Of a DNA stretch of 64,000 bases, positions 1 to 11,047 are shown one piece after another. Position 1 is the first letter of the stretch, and each line of letters starts with the position of its first letter. A model generated the notes under the pieces. The model was given only the letters and a program-made list of their open reading frames with translations, was not told the DNA's origin and did not search any database. Both the position numbers and the translations under genes were made by a program. The DNA is taken from positions 91,934,372 to 91,998,371 of the forward strand of contig NC_057719.1 in NCBI RefSeq assembly GCF_004010195.1, read 5' to 3'. Source of the DNA: Chiloscyllium plagiosum (lineage: Eukaryota).

Positions 1-2384
1 CCTCCTGACTTGTGCCTTGTAGGTGATGGACAGGCTTTGGGAAGTCAGGAGGGGAGTTACTTGTCCATGGGGTTATGGGGAAAGGGTACGAGCTTGGGTT
101 TGAGTGGATTGGTGCAGAATGGTTGGACTGAACAGCCTCTTCCCGCACTGTAGGGACTCTGTGATTTACGGAGAAAGTGAGGACAGCAGATGCTGGAGAT
201 TAGATTAGATTAGATTACAGTGTGGAAACAGGCCCTTCGGCCCAACAACTCCACACTGACCCGCCGAAGCGAAATCCGCCCATACCCCTACATTTACCCC
301 CTACCTAACACTACGGGGAATATAGCAAGGCCAATTCACCTGACCCTGCACATCTTTGTGACTTGTGGGAGGAAACCGGAGGAAACCCACGCAGACACTG
401 GGAGATCGTGCAAACTCCACACAGTCAGTCACCTGACTGACTTTGCCTTTTGCCAAGGGGTGTGGTTATGGGATCATTGAATCATGAGAGAATCCCTACA
501 GGTCATTCAGCCCAACAAGTCCATACTGACCAGAGGCAAAAAGTGGAAAAGCAGGTCAGGCAGTATCCAAGGAGCAGGAGAGTCGACGTTTCGGGCATTA
601 TCCCTTTGCCCAACATTCCTGATGAAGTGCTTACCTATCTAAGTTTAGCTATCAAGCAAGTTAACTTTGTACAGCAGGATGGTCTCTGCTTGTGCTGCAG
701 AGTCACAGAAATAGGTGGTATTTTGGCAAGGTGTGGATATGTAAATTGAACAACTGATCATACCCTGATCCCATCTCAATTCCTGCAGGAAGTCTGTGTG
801 TGTGTGTGTATGTGTGTGTGTGTGGCAGCAGAGTGTGTGAAAGGTTGATGAGTAGACTTGAAGGCAGGCTACTCCTGAGATTCACTTGGCCTGTTGCAAA
901 CTGCCAAGTGCCAGCGTTCCAAACAGCAGTGCATTTAAAATAGATTTTGCAAAGACAAAGCAACCCAACAAAGGACACATGGTAATGGGAAGGTCTCAAA
1001 GGCTTTTCAAGGATCATTAAATAAAATGTAGACAAGATGGTTTGATTGGAGCCCGTTCAATTGGTGACTTTTAGAACTCTGCACGTACCAGCTTCCAAAT
1101 CTACCGCAACTAATTAAAAAAAACACAACTAAAGAAGGGATTGTGCGGCAGTTTGAGGAGTTGCTGTGACAAGTTTAATGAAAATGAGTGGTTACTATCT
1201 CTGGCAGAACTCTATGCGGCAGTGTTTGTCCCAAAATAAAACTAACTTCTGTTCACAGAAGTTGCATTTGTGTAGCACCTGTCACACCCTCAAGACCAAA
1301 GTGGTGTGACAGTTGTAATGCAGGGAATGTAGCTGCCATTTTGTACATAGCAAGCTCCCAAGCGCGTGTTCTCTCTCTCTCTCTTTCTCTCCTCTCTTTT
1401 CTTCCGGGTTCCACACTGTCAGGATTTTGTGATTTCTCACTGAAATTATTCAGTGAGGGAACTGGCCCCTGACGAGAGCACCAAAAAGCAACCAGAAGTA
1501 CTGGAATTTTGCAAAAGCGGTTAGACTAGGGCGAGAAGCATTCTGCTGCCCCAGGCAGGTCAGATTGAAACAGCAGCTAATTGTGCAAGATTTCATTTCA
1601 GGGCAGCTTTCCCAGGTTTCTGGTGTTTGCATCAGAAATCCTTCTCCGTGGGAGTGCCGGGAAATGGTTGGGATTACTGGAATGGGATCATGTTTGCTTT
1701 CTCATTTAGACTTGGCAGTGCAGTGGCCTTCAGTAATGTTCACATTGGCCTTCAGTTTTTCACTCCTCCTCCTCCTCCTCTCTCTGCAAGCTGCAGGAAA
1801 GCGACACACAATTTTGCTCTGCCACCGTACAAACTGTAACCTTTTGACTCGCTGACTGAGCCCAGCCAGAAGACAAATGCATTCATTGATGAAAGTGAAA
1901 CGTCAAACAGCAAGACATTATCCTACTGTGTTGGGTCAGGTATTTTGGATGGCAGTGTTAAGTTGGACTTCTTGCAGCATTGTTATAAATACTCGCAGGG
2001 CAAGATTAGATTAGATTCCCTACAGTGTGGAAACAGGCCCTTCGGCCCAACCAGTCCACTGAAGAGTAACCCACCCAGACCCATTTCCCTCTGACTAATG
2101 CACCTAACGCTATGGGCAATTTAGCATGGCCAATTCAAAAGCCTGCACATCTTTGGACTGTGGGAGGAAACCGGAGCATGTGGAGGAAATCCACGCAGAC
2201 ACGGGGAGAATGTGCAAATTCCACACAGACAGTTGGCCGAGGCTGGAATCGAACCTGGGACCCTGGTGCTGTGAGGCAGCAGTGCTAACCCGAAAACTCC
2301 TCCACCTTTTTGTTCCTTCCTCGTTCTGCTATTCCATCCCGTGCCATACCTGTTCTCGGGATGCCCAGTTAGGTGATTGCAGTC

Positions 2385-3510
2385 CTAGAGATGTACAGCA
2401 CGGAAACAGACCCTTCGGCCCAACCCGTCCATGCCGACCAGATATCCCAACCCAATCTAGTCCCACCTGCCAGCACCCGGCCCATATCCCTCCAAACCCT
2501 TCCTATTCATATATCCATCCAAATGCCTCTTAAATGTTGCAATTGTACCAGCCTCCACCACATCCTCTGGCAGCTCATTCCATACGCATACCATCCTCTG
2601 TGTGAAAAAGTTGTCCTTTAGGTCTCTTTTGCATCTTTCCCCTCTCAACCTAAACCTATGCCCTCTAGTTCTGGACTCCCCCCACCCCAGGGAAAAGACT
2701 TTTGTCTATTTTCCCTATCCATGCCCCTCGTGACTTTGTAAACTTCTATAAGGTCACCCTCAGCCTCTGACGCTCCAGGGAAAACAGCCTCAGCCTGTTC
2801 AGCCTCTCCCTATAGCTCAAATCCTCCAACCCTAGCAACATCCTTGTAAATTTTTTCTGAACCCTTTCAAGTTTCACAACATCCTTCCGATGGGAAGGAG
2901 ACCAGAATTGCACGCAATATTCCAAAAGTGACCTAACCAATGTCCTGTACAGCTGCAACATAACCTCCCAACTCCTGTACTCAATACTCTGACCAATAAA
3001 GGAAAGCATACCAAATGCCTTCTTCACTATCCTATCTACCTGCGACTCCACTTTCAAGGAGNNNNNNNNNNNNNNNNNNNNNNNNNNNNNNNNNNNNNNN
3101 NNNNNNNNNNNNNNNNNNNNNNNNNNNNNNNNNNNNNNNNNNNNNNNNNNNNNNNNNNNNNNNNNNNNNNNNNNNNNNNNNNNNNNNAGTTCTCCCTGTA
3201 TTCCATGAGATCTAACCTTGCTAACCAGTCTCCCATGGGGAACCTTGCCGAACGCCTTTCTGATGTCCATATAGATCACATCTACCGCTCTGCCCTCATT
3301 AATCTTCTTTGTTACTTCTTCAAAAAACTCAATCCAAGTTTGTGAGACCTGATTTCCCACGCACATAGCCATGTTAACCATTCTGAATCAGTCCTTGCCT
3401 TTCCAAATACATATACATCCTGTCCCTCAGGATTCCCTCCAACAACTTGCCCACCACCGACATCAGGCTCACTGGTCTATACGTCCCAAGCTTTTCCTTA
3501 CCACCCTTCT
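2385..3510 (-). mobile_element. CR1 LINE 3' fragment (with N gap)
   Basis: RT motifs VIYMDIRKAFGKVPH and [20 protein letters not shown]-terminus NFFTQRMVCVWNELPE; 3' UTR tail. Confidence 0.88.
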
Positions 3511-5384
3511 TAAACAGTCGGCTCCGTTGTGATTTTGTTGAACAGTACAGCAGGCTCGAGTGGCCAAAGCCCAACTCCTGTCCCTTGTTTGGCCTCTGAA
3601 TCGATGTTCTGATTCCAGACTTGGTTGCATTCAAGATTGGAAGAAATTGTGAACAGCAATATTCTGCCACTGACCCTGGTCCATCGCCGTCTCGATTGCT
3701 CCGTTCAGATAGTGGCAGCCCCCCCCCCCCCCCTCCTTAATCGTACTTCACCAGCTCTTTTCTGGTCAGCGCCATCTTCTTTTCTCACCCGGTAGTGCCT
3801 GCCTGGCTGCCAGTTTGACCAGGCATACATCCAGGAGGTTATATACCCATCCTTATGTTCCAACTCTTTGTCTGTCTGTGTGGGGCCTCCCACCAATCCA
3901 GTGTCGTGCTTTGTCATCAGAGATGTTGTCTTGCCAAGCAATGATCATGGTTTTTCATACCCATCTCGAGTTGAAGACATCAGACTTGCACTTTCCTGCT
4001 GTAGTTGTCTCATTGGTGTAGTTGCAGTATGGATGGTGTGGAGCCAATGGAAACTGCTTCCTTCCAAGAACATTTACCTCAAAATTGCTATCACTGGAGA
4101 TGTTCCCTCGATAGTGGAGTTGGCCAATGTTCTCTGTGTTCCGTTATTCCATGGTAATAGGAGAAATGTTGTTGCCATCCATGATCCTGGTTTTCACACA
4201 TTGACCCTCTCTCTCGAGGCTGGTGGTCACGTCTGGGAGTGTGCGTTGCCCTCCAGGTAGGCAAGGCTGTCGATGAGATATTTTATCCTTTCAAGTGTAA
4301 GTGAAAACCTACCTCTTTGCCCCCGCATCCATAAATCTGCTGGTCAATCTCAAATGTTAGCTGACCAAATACCTGTGCTGTGCCTTTGCATCGAATCTAT
4401 ATCACAGAAATAGGACATTCGGCCCAACTGCCCGATGCTGTGATGTATGCTGCACACAAGCTTTCTCCAGCTCTGTTTAACCACATCTTGTCAGTAGGTG
4501 CTACTTCTGCTTTTTTATGTGTTTCCAGCCTCCCATAAAACAAATCGATGGTATTTCACCTTAACTAGTCTCTGTGGTAGCCAGCTCCACAAACTAACCC
4601 TGCTGAGGGAAACATTTTCTCCAGCTTGGATTTATCACGGACTACATCACATTCACGAACCCTGTCTTGATTTGTGCAAATATCACATTCGCACTTCTTA
4701 ACTCCTACTCTATTGAACCCCTCGTGACCTCCGAGATCTCAGTCTGCCGGATCATCTCTCCTCTCTCTCTCTCCTTTTTATTTCATTCGAACAAAGAATC
4801 CTCAGCGTGTTAAGTCTTTCCTGATGGTGTTATCCTTGTAAATCCTTGCTGCCCACTCTCCAGTGCACTTGCTGTTTTCTTTTTATTTGGATGTCCTTTA
4901 TTAGAGAGCCAAACGTTTGTGCATGCTGAAACGATGACGTTCTCCCTCCCACTCGGTCATGAGGGCTGACTCATTCACAATCCATCCTGTGGAAGTTTGA
5001 CCGTCACTGTTTTGCAGTACTTGGGAGTCACCTACTGGCAACCTCGTACAAGGGATTTTAAAATCAAAGCACAACCCTCCCAGGTAATTTTCAAGTGTGT
5101 GTTGTAGGACAGTGCCTCTCCATATTTCAATCCTTTCGTGACCTCAGCCCCCCTCTCGTCTGGTCTTGACTCTCATACATTCCCCAATTTCTTCTCAGAG
5201 TTGTCTCTGGCTTCAAACTCTCTATTTCCCTCCATAAGCCCCGTTGAAATGTCTTGACCCGTATCCTAATGTACTTCAGAGTCTAATCCTTGCCACCGGT
5301 GAAGTTTAACCAGGTGCTATGTAAATGCAAAGTTCACTTTGCTTTTGGGTTGTCACCTGCCTTTAACCTTTCTCCACCTCTTTG

Positions 5385-5590
5385 GGAATCGGTTTAGCTC
5401 AGTTGGCTGGATTGTTGGTTTACAGAGCAGTGTAATGCCAACAGCGTGGGTTCAATTCCCTTCACCAGTTTGAGGTTACCATGAAGCACACTCCTTCCTG
5501 AAGTCTGGTGGCCCTCGGGTTAAATCGACACCAGTCGCTTCTCTAATGAGAGAGTAACCCCTGCGGTCTGGTAAGACTATGGCGACACAC
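5385..5590 (+). mobile_element. tRNA-derived SINE of a different family
   Basis: tagctcagttgg (A box) and gggttcaattccc (B box) followed by a non-tRNA body. Confidence 0.55.
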
Positions 5591-5994
5591 AATACTATAA
5601 GGTGTTGTGAGTAATTACCTTGTTTGCTCTGAGTGTTTCAGTGGTTATGTATACTGTTTGACAAATCAGCTTAGTTTAATCCTCAGTCAGATTCTTCGTC
5701 TGTTCCTACCCACAGTCCAGCTGAGAGTGTTGCATTTTGCTCTCCTTTATTCTCTTACAGTTCCCCAAACTTATTTTCTCTCCCTTAACTCTCCCACCCC
5801 TCTCTCTTTTTTTTTTCTCTTTCCCATCCCTCCCTCTCCTTTTTCTGTTCCCCTCTCCCCCCACCCCTCCCTCTTATTTTCCCGACTGAATCTCTTTGCT
5901 CTCTCTCTCATCCCCTGTCCCACCACCAGGACCACAAAAATTCTCTGTGGATTTGATGCAAGTTAGGGCGGCCAAACACCGGTAATTTAAAATG

Positions 5995-6388
5995 CTAGGG
6001 ACTCTAGCCGTTTGATTCAGAAGGTTAATGGGTCTATTACCTAATCTAGTCTGGCATTCCGCTCCCAGGCTGCACTGTCAGAGACCGCGTCCTCTAACTG
6101 AGACATTAAACCAAGGCTCCACGTGCCCTTTGAGTTAGATGTAAGATTCTGAGGTACTGATTGACGTGACTACAAGACCGTTTCCCCTCTGGCGTCCAAT
6201 CATCTGTGGTTGAAACAGGTTATCTACTCATTACCTCACGGATCTTTATGGGAGCTTGCTGTGCACAAATTGGCTGCAAATTTCCCACTTTGCGACAATT
6301 CAGGAGCTTTCCACTGGATACATTGTATGTTGGGGGTGTCCTGAGGATGTGAAAGGTGCTCCATAAATACTGGTCTTTCTCTCCTTTT
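5995..6388 (+). mobile_element. Old Deu-domain SINE (SacSINE1-like); related remnants at about 1180-1340(-), 9240-9420, 13415-13530(-), 14760-15050, 46620-47105 and 55745-56040
   Basis: gcactgtcagag..tgagacattaaacc, gggagcttgctgtgcacaaattggctgc and the L2-like tail gtgaaaggtgctccataaat. Family name from recall. Confidence 0.55.
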
Positions 6389-6885
6389 CAACAAACTCAA
6401 TAGTGGTGAGTATTATGAGGAGCCTATTGTGGTGCAGTGGTAGTGTCCCTACCTCTGACCGAGAGGCCCGGATTCAAGTCTCACCTGCTCCAGAGGTGTG
6501 AAACAACACCTCTGAACAGATTGATTAGAAAAGCAGTACATCTGTATTTTTATTTCTCATTCTGGCTGAGCTTTCAGGAGATTGAGGGAGAGAGTTTTAG
6601 AAGTTTGTTTTTCTCATGGGATGCAGGCATTCCGGGCGTGACCCATCCCCATTTGCCCTCGAGGGACTTGATAGGCCATTTCAAAGGACAGTTAAGAGTC
6701 AATCAAGCACTTGGCTGTAGTCAGCCAGTCCCAGTGAAGGACGTTATTGATACTGTATAGGTTTCAACAATAGTTAGAGCCACTGTTACTGAGGCTAGCT
6801 TTCAATTTTAGATTTAGTCATTGTATTTAGAAGCCAGCTGCTTTCACCATTTAGATTTCGCCCCCTGGTGGCGTTTGAACATCTA

Positions 6886-7086
6886 GGAGAAAGTGAGGAC
6901 TGCAGATGCTGGAGGTCAGAGTCGAAAGTGTGGTGCTGGAAAAGCACAGCCGGTCAGCAGCATCCGAGGGCCAGGAGAGTCGATGTTTTGGGCATAATTC
7001 CTGATGAAGGGCTTTTGCCTGAAACGCTGACTCTCCTGCTCCTCTGCTGCCTGACCTGCTGTGCTTTTCCAGCACAACACTCTCTC
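6886..7086. mobile_element. Inverted pair of Penelope-derived termini (hairpin-forming)
   Basis: 6925-6998 is the reverse complement of about 7010-7085; CTGATGA at 7001 and GAAAC at 7021. Confidence 0.75.
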
Positions 7087-8249
7087 AGCATTTAAACAAG
7101 AGTCTGCAGGTGTCTACTAGCATCTCCCTACACTGGTGGGTGCGACTGATGAATGTATTTCTTCATGAAACTGCGAACATAAAGTGTTTGATTCATGTTG
7201 TGTTGAATTCATCAAGCTTTCACTCTCCCCAGTGATTGCTGAATAATTTTAAAGTGTTTGCCATTTTATTTGGCCTTCCAGAGCTTTTAAAGTGCGACTG
7301 GAAAAGTGTGCTGGTGAGAAACTGCACATTGTCTCTGGAATAGATGACTAGAAAGGGGGAAGGAGCAGTTTTTATAAAATGCCAGGGCAGTCGGTCACAG
7401 GAAGTCAAACTCTCTGCTCAGGTAGTGTTTGAAAATTTTCAGCAAGACAGTCTGCTGGCAATGTGTGTGTATTTCAGGATATATCACATCCAGGAAAAGT
7501 TTGGCAATAGTTTTATGTTATCTTGGGGGAGTGGGGTAGGCTTTTTTTTCTAATTAATTGAATCATGTGATGTTTTTGGTAATGTTCCTTTGTCAGGGAT
7601 CCCATTAACCAGCAGTAGTTTCCTTATTCTCGAAGGGCCACTCTATCATTCACAACAGAATATTTAAAATTGATCAGAAGTTTGCACAAAGTGTGTGACC
7701 TGTGAAAGGTGCTGTTTAAATTCTGGTCAACGTACTGGCATTAATGGGATATTGTTAATGTACTGTTGAGTAGCCTGCGTGAGAAATCACAGGCCCGGTT
7801 ACTGGCCCTGATGTAACTTTACTGTCCTGGCTGTGGCTATAGCTCAGCAGATAATATGACCGGCACTGTGGTTAGCCCTGCTGCCTCACAGCACCACGGA
7901 TTGTCTGTGTGGAGTTTGCACATTCTCCCCGTGTCCACGTGGGTTTCCTCCGGGTGCTCCGGTTTCCTCCCACAGTCCAAAGATGTGCAGATAAGGGTGA
8001 ATTGGCAATGCTAAATTGACCGTAGTGTTAGTCAGAGGTAAGTGTAGGATAGGGAAATGGGGTCTGGGTGGGTTACCCTTCGGAGGGCCGGTGTGGACCT
8101 GTTGGGCCGAACGGCCTGTTTCCACACTGTAGGGAATCTAATCTAATCTATCCTCATCCTAGAATCACAAGGTTATGAGTTCATTTCCTACACCAGGACT
8201 CCTCTTCAGTATAAAAAAAGTCCCGGCTGACTCCTGTACAGACAAGTGT

Positions 8250-9210
8250 TGTGATTTGGTAAGATAAACCAGGACAGGATTTACACAATTATGGTAGGGC
8301 TGTGGGAAGTGTTATCGAACAAAGAGACCGAAGGCTTCAGCCACACAGTTCCTTGAAAGTGGCATCACAGGTAGACAGCGTGGGGAAGAAGGCTTTCTGG
8401 CACCCTTGCCTTTATCAGTGAGAGCAATGGGATGTCTTCTTATGGCTGTAAGGTCACGTTTGGAGTGCAGGGCGACTCCCGTATCCGTGGCTTCACTTAC
8501 CCATAGTTTATCATGGCCGGAACGTATGAAAAGGAATGTTCTGGACCCAGGGTCCAGGGAAGGTACATTTCCCAATGGAATCACTGAGTTTGCTCCTATC
8601 TGCGGTTTCCAGTTTCCACAATAGGTCCTGGAATGTGACCCCCATGGGTATGGGGGAATTACTGTACTGTGTGCGTTTCTGGTCACCTTGCTACAGGAAG
8701 GATGTTATTAAGCTGGAAAGAGTGCAATAGACTTACACAAGGATGTGACCAAGATTGGAAAGTTTGTCTTATAAGGAGGGGCTGGATAGACTGGGACTTT
8801 TAGTCCCTAGAGCGTAGGGGGCTGAGGGGTAACCTTTTTTTAAGAGGTTTACAAAGTTATGAGGGGCATGGATGAGGTGAATAGACCAGGTCATTTCCCC
8901 AGGATAGTGCATTCTAAAACCATAAGTTTAAGGTGAGACGGGAAAGGTTTAAAAGGGACCCGAGGGGCAAATTCTTTTCTCACACAGGATGATGCGTAGA
9001 TGGCTCAAGCTGCCAGAGGAAGTGATAGAATCAGGTATAGTTACAAGATTTAAAAAATATTTGGACAGTTACATGGATAAGGAAAGGTTTGGAGGGATAG
9101 TAGGCAAATGGCATGGCGGGGGGCGGGGGGGACTAGTTTAATTTTGGACACGTGGTTGGCATGACCAAATTGGGTTGAATGGTCTGTTTGCATGCTGTGT
9201 GACTCTATAA
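8250..9210 (+). mobile_element. CR1 LINE 3' fragment with nested MITE
   Basis: [21 protein letters not shown] and a CR1 3' tail ending gactcta. Confidence 0.8.
8468..8664. mobile_element. Tc1/mariner (Tigger/MER2-like) MITE
   Basis: Imperfect TIRs cagggcgactcccgtatccgtgg / ccatgggtatgggggaattactg; inserted at the TA of the CR1 sequence gagTActg. A related copy lies in opposite orientation at about 44900-45076. Confidence 0.6.
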
Positions 9211-10774
9211 TTGAGTGAAGGTTGGACCATCTCTTGCATACATGTTAAACTGAGGCCCTGTCTCCCATCTTTGGATGTACCAAACTTCAGCAAATGTTCA
9301 TCATTCAAGCGCCGAAGCTCAGATTATCGAGGCATTTTCGCATTTGTCGGAGCTCGCTGAGCACAGACGAGCTGCTGTGTTTCTGACACCTCAACAGTGA
9401 CCACGTTTCAGCAGCTCAAGTTCTGAAGCCCCAGTGGTGGTGTTCACTCTTGTCTCCACAGATACCGCTCCCAAATCCCGCTACCCCCCCCTCTCCGTGT
9501 TCCTGAACCAGACGCTAGCACGGTAGCCGTGATCACAGCCCGCATCCACACTGTCAAAGGAAGGAAGGTTCCCGGGACATGTTCAAGCACTGGCATCCGG
9601 TGATGTTCCTTTTGCTGTTGCCACTATTAATATGATCAGAAATGGGGTGGCTATTTTGTGTACAGGAAGCTCCTAAACCAGCAAGGAGATAAATACTCAG
9701 ATAAACAATACGTTCTGACTCACAGTGCAGAGGGATTAAAATTTTTGCACACGTTTCTGTTTGTGGTTTCACTTAAGTACAGCAGAGATGAAGCAGATCT
9801 TCACACCACTGTGAATCAAGAGTTAATGATCCAAGATTCAATTCTATGACATGTACTAGAGTTATTGTAACTGCAGGTGCCATGAAGTTGCAAGTGACAT
9901 TCACCGACTGTCTAGAGTTGGTGGGCTGACTGAGCAAGTGGTGGGCAAAGGAAGAGGAATCGCATTCTCCATTCCCCAACTCCCCTCCCTCCAGTTCCGT
10001 GGAATTGTGCCTTATTGTGTGAGGGCGAAGAGCCAAGTGTAAGTGCCAAGTCAGAGTAATACTTTGGATTTGCAGATTGTAGCTTTGAGTTGCAATTAGT
10101 CATCCGCTAACTTCCTGGTGCTACAGTTTTGTTTCTCTGCACCCTGCAAACTCTTTTATCTCTCAGGGCAGTGGGCGTTCAGAGCTACTGTCTTTTTGAT
10201 ATTACACCAGTGGAACATTCCAGGGTATGTGAGGAGACAGGCTAGAGCAATCATGCCAGCAGTGGGAGCCTCATGGAAATCTTCAGCTGCAAGCTCGGCC
10301 GAACGAGTCATCCAGGGAGGTTCTGACAGCAATTGCTTTGAGTGGAATGTTTTGACCAGGGCTGCAGAGCTCCTGAGATGAACTGCACTCTTTGGTGGCA
10401 AGCAAATGTGCTGAGCTTGGAGACGTAACCCATGGGAGGCTTTCACTTTTGCCTTGTGACCACTTTGGAACAGCCAGCCAGGCGGGAATTGAGTGCACCG
10501 CAGTGGTCACGGAAGAGGGTGATCCAAACCCACGAAAGATATCGCCACGTACCCGTTGCATCTGATCTCATTTTGCACGATCGTGGTTCTCGTGTGTGCA
10601 TTGTGAAAGAAGTCACTGGTAGTTTTGCAATGTTGCTTGAGCTGTGCCTTTGGGTGGGGGTCACCCTCCATTTCTTTCAGTTACTTTTGGTACTTTTATT
10701 TTTTAAAGGGCAGAATGAAGCTCGCGATAGTGTTGTTTTTTTTCGCTAATGTTTGACCTTGATTGTTCTTGCAG

Positions 10775-11047
10775 GTTGGCACAGTTGTTTCGGACCTCTG
10801 AAGGCAAGTGCGGAGACTAGCTACTTGGGACGTTGGGCAGCAGTGAGGCTGGCTGTGGTGGTGTGGCTGTTCTGACATATCGGCACAGAGCAAGTGCCCA
10901 CGATTTAGTCCTGGCACTTGGCCGTCTCGTTCATAGCCCACACCCCTGGAGTGCCCACCAGTGAAGAGGTTAAGAGTGAAAAGCGGGAGAGGGATTGGTG
11001 GCTGGGCAGGTTGGAGCAGGGTAGTTTGTCCAGATGCTGCGGTGAAG
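10775..11047 (+). other. MIDEAS: Probable 5'UTR part of the first coding exon of MIDEAS
   Basis: Acceptor gattgttcttgcag|G at 10774/10775, with a ctaat branch-like motif upstream. The true first (non-coding) exon could not be identified. Confidence 0.6.

Noticed and set aside
3720..4280. Possible coding exon or L1/Tx1 ORF1 remnant (also 16250-16750)
   Set aside because: No convincing splice or phase fit, and only vague similarity; cannot be classified without a database search.
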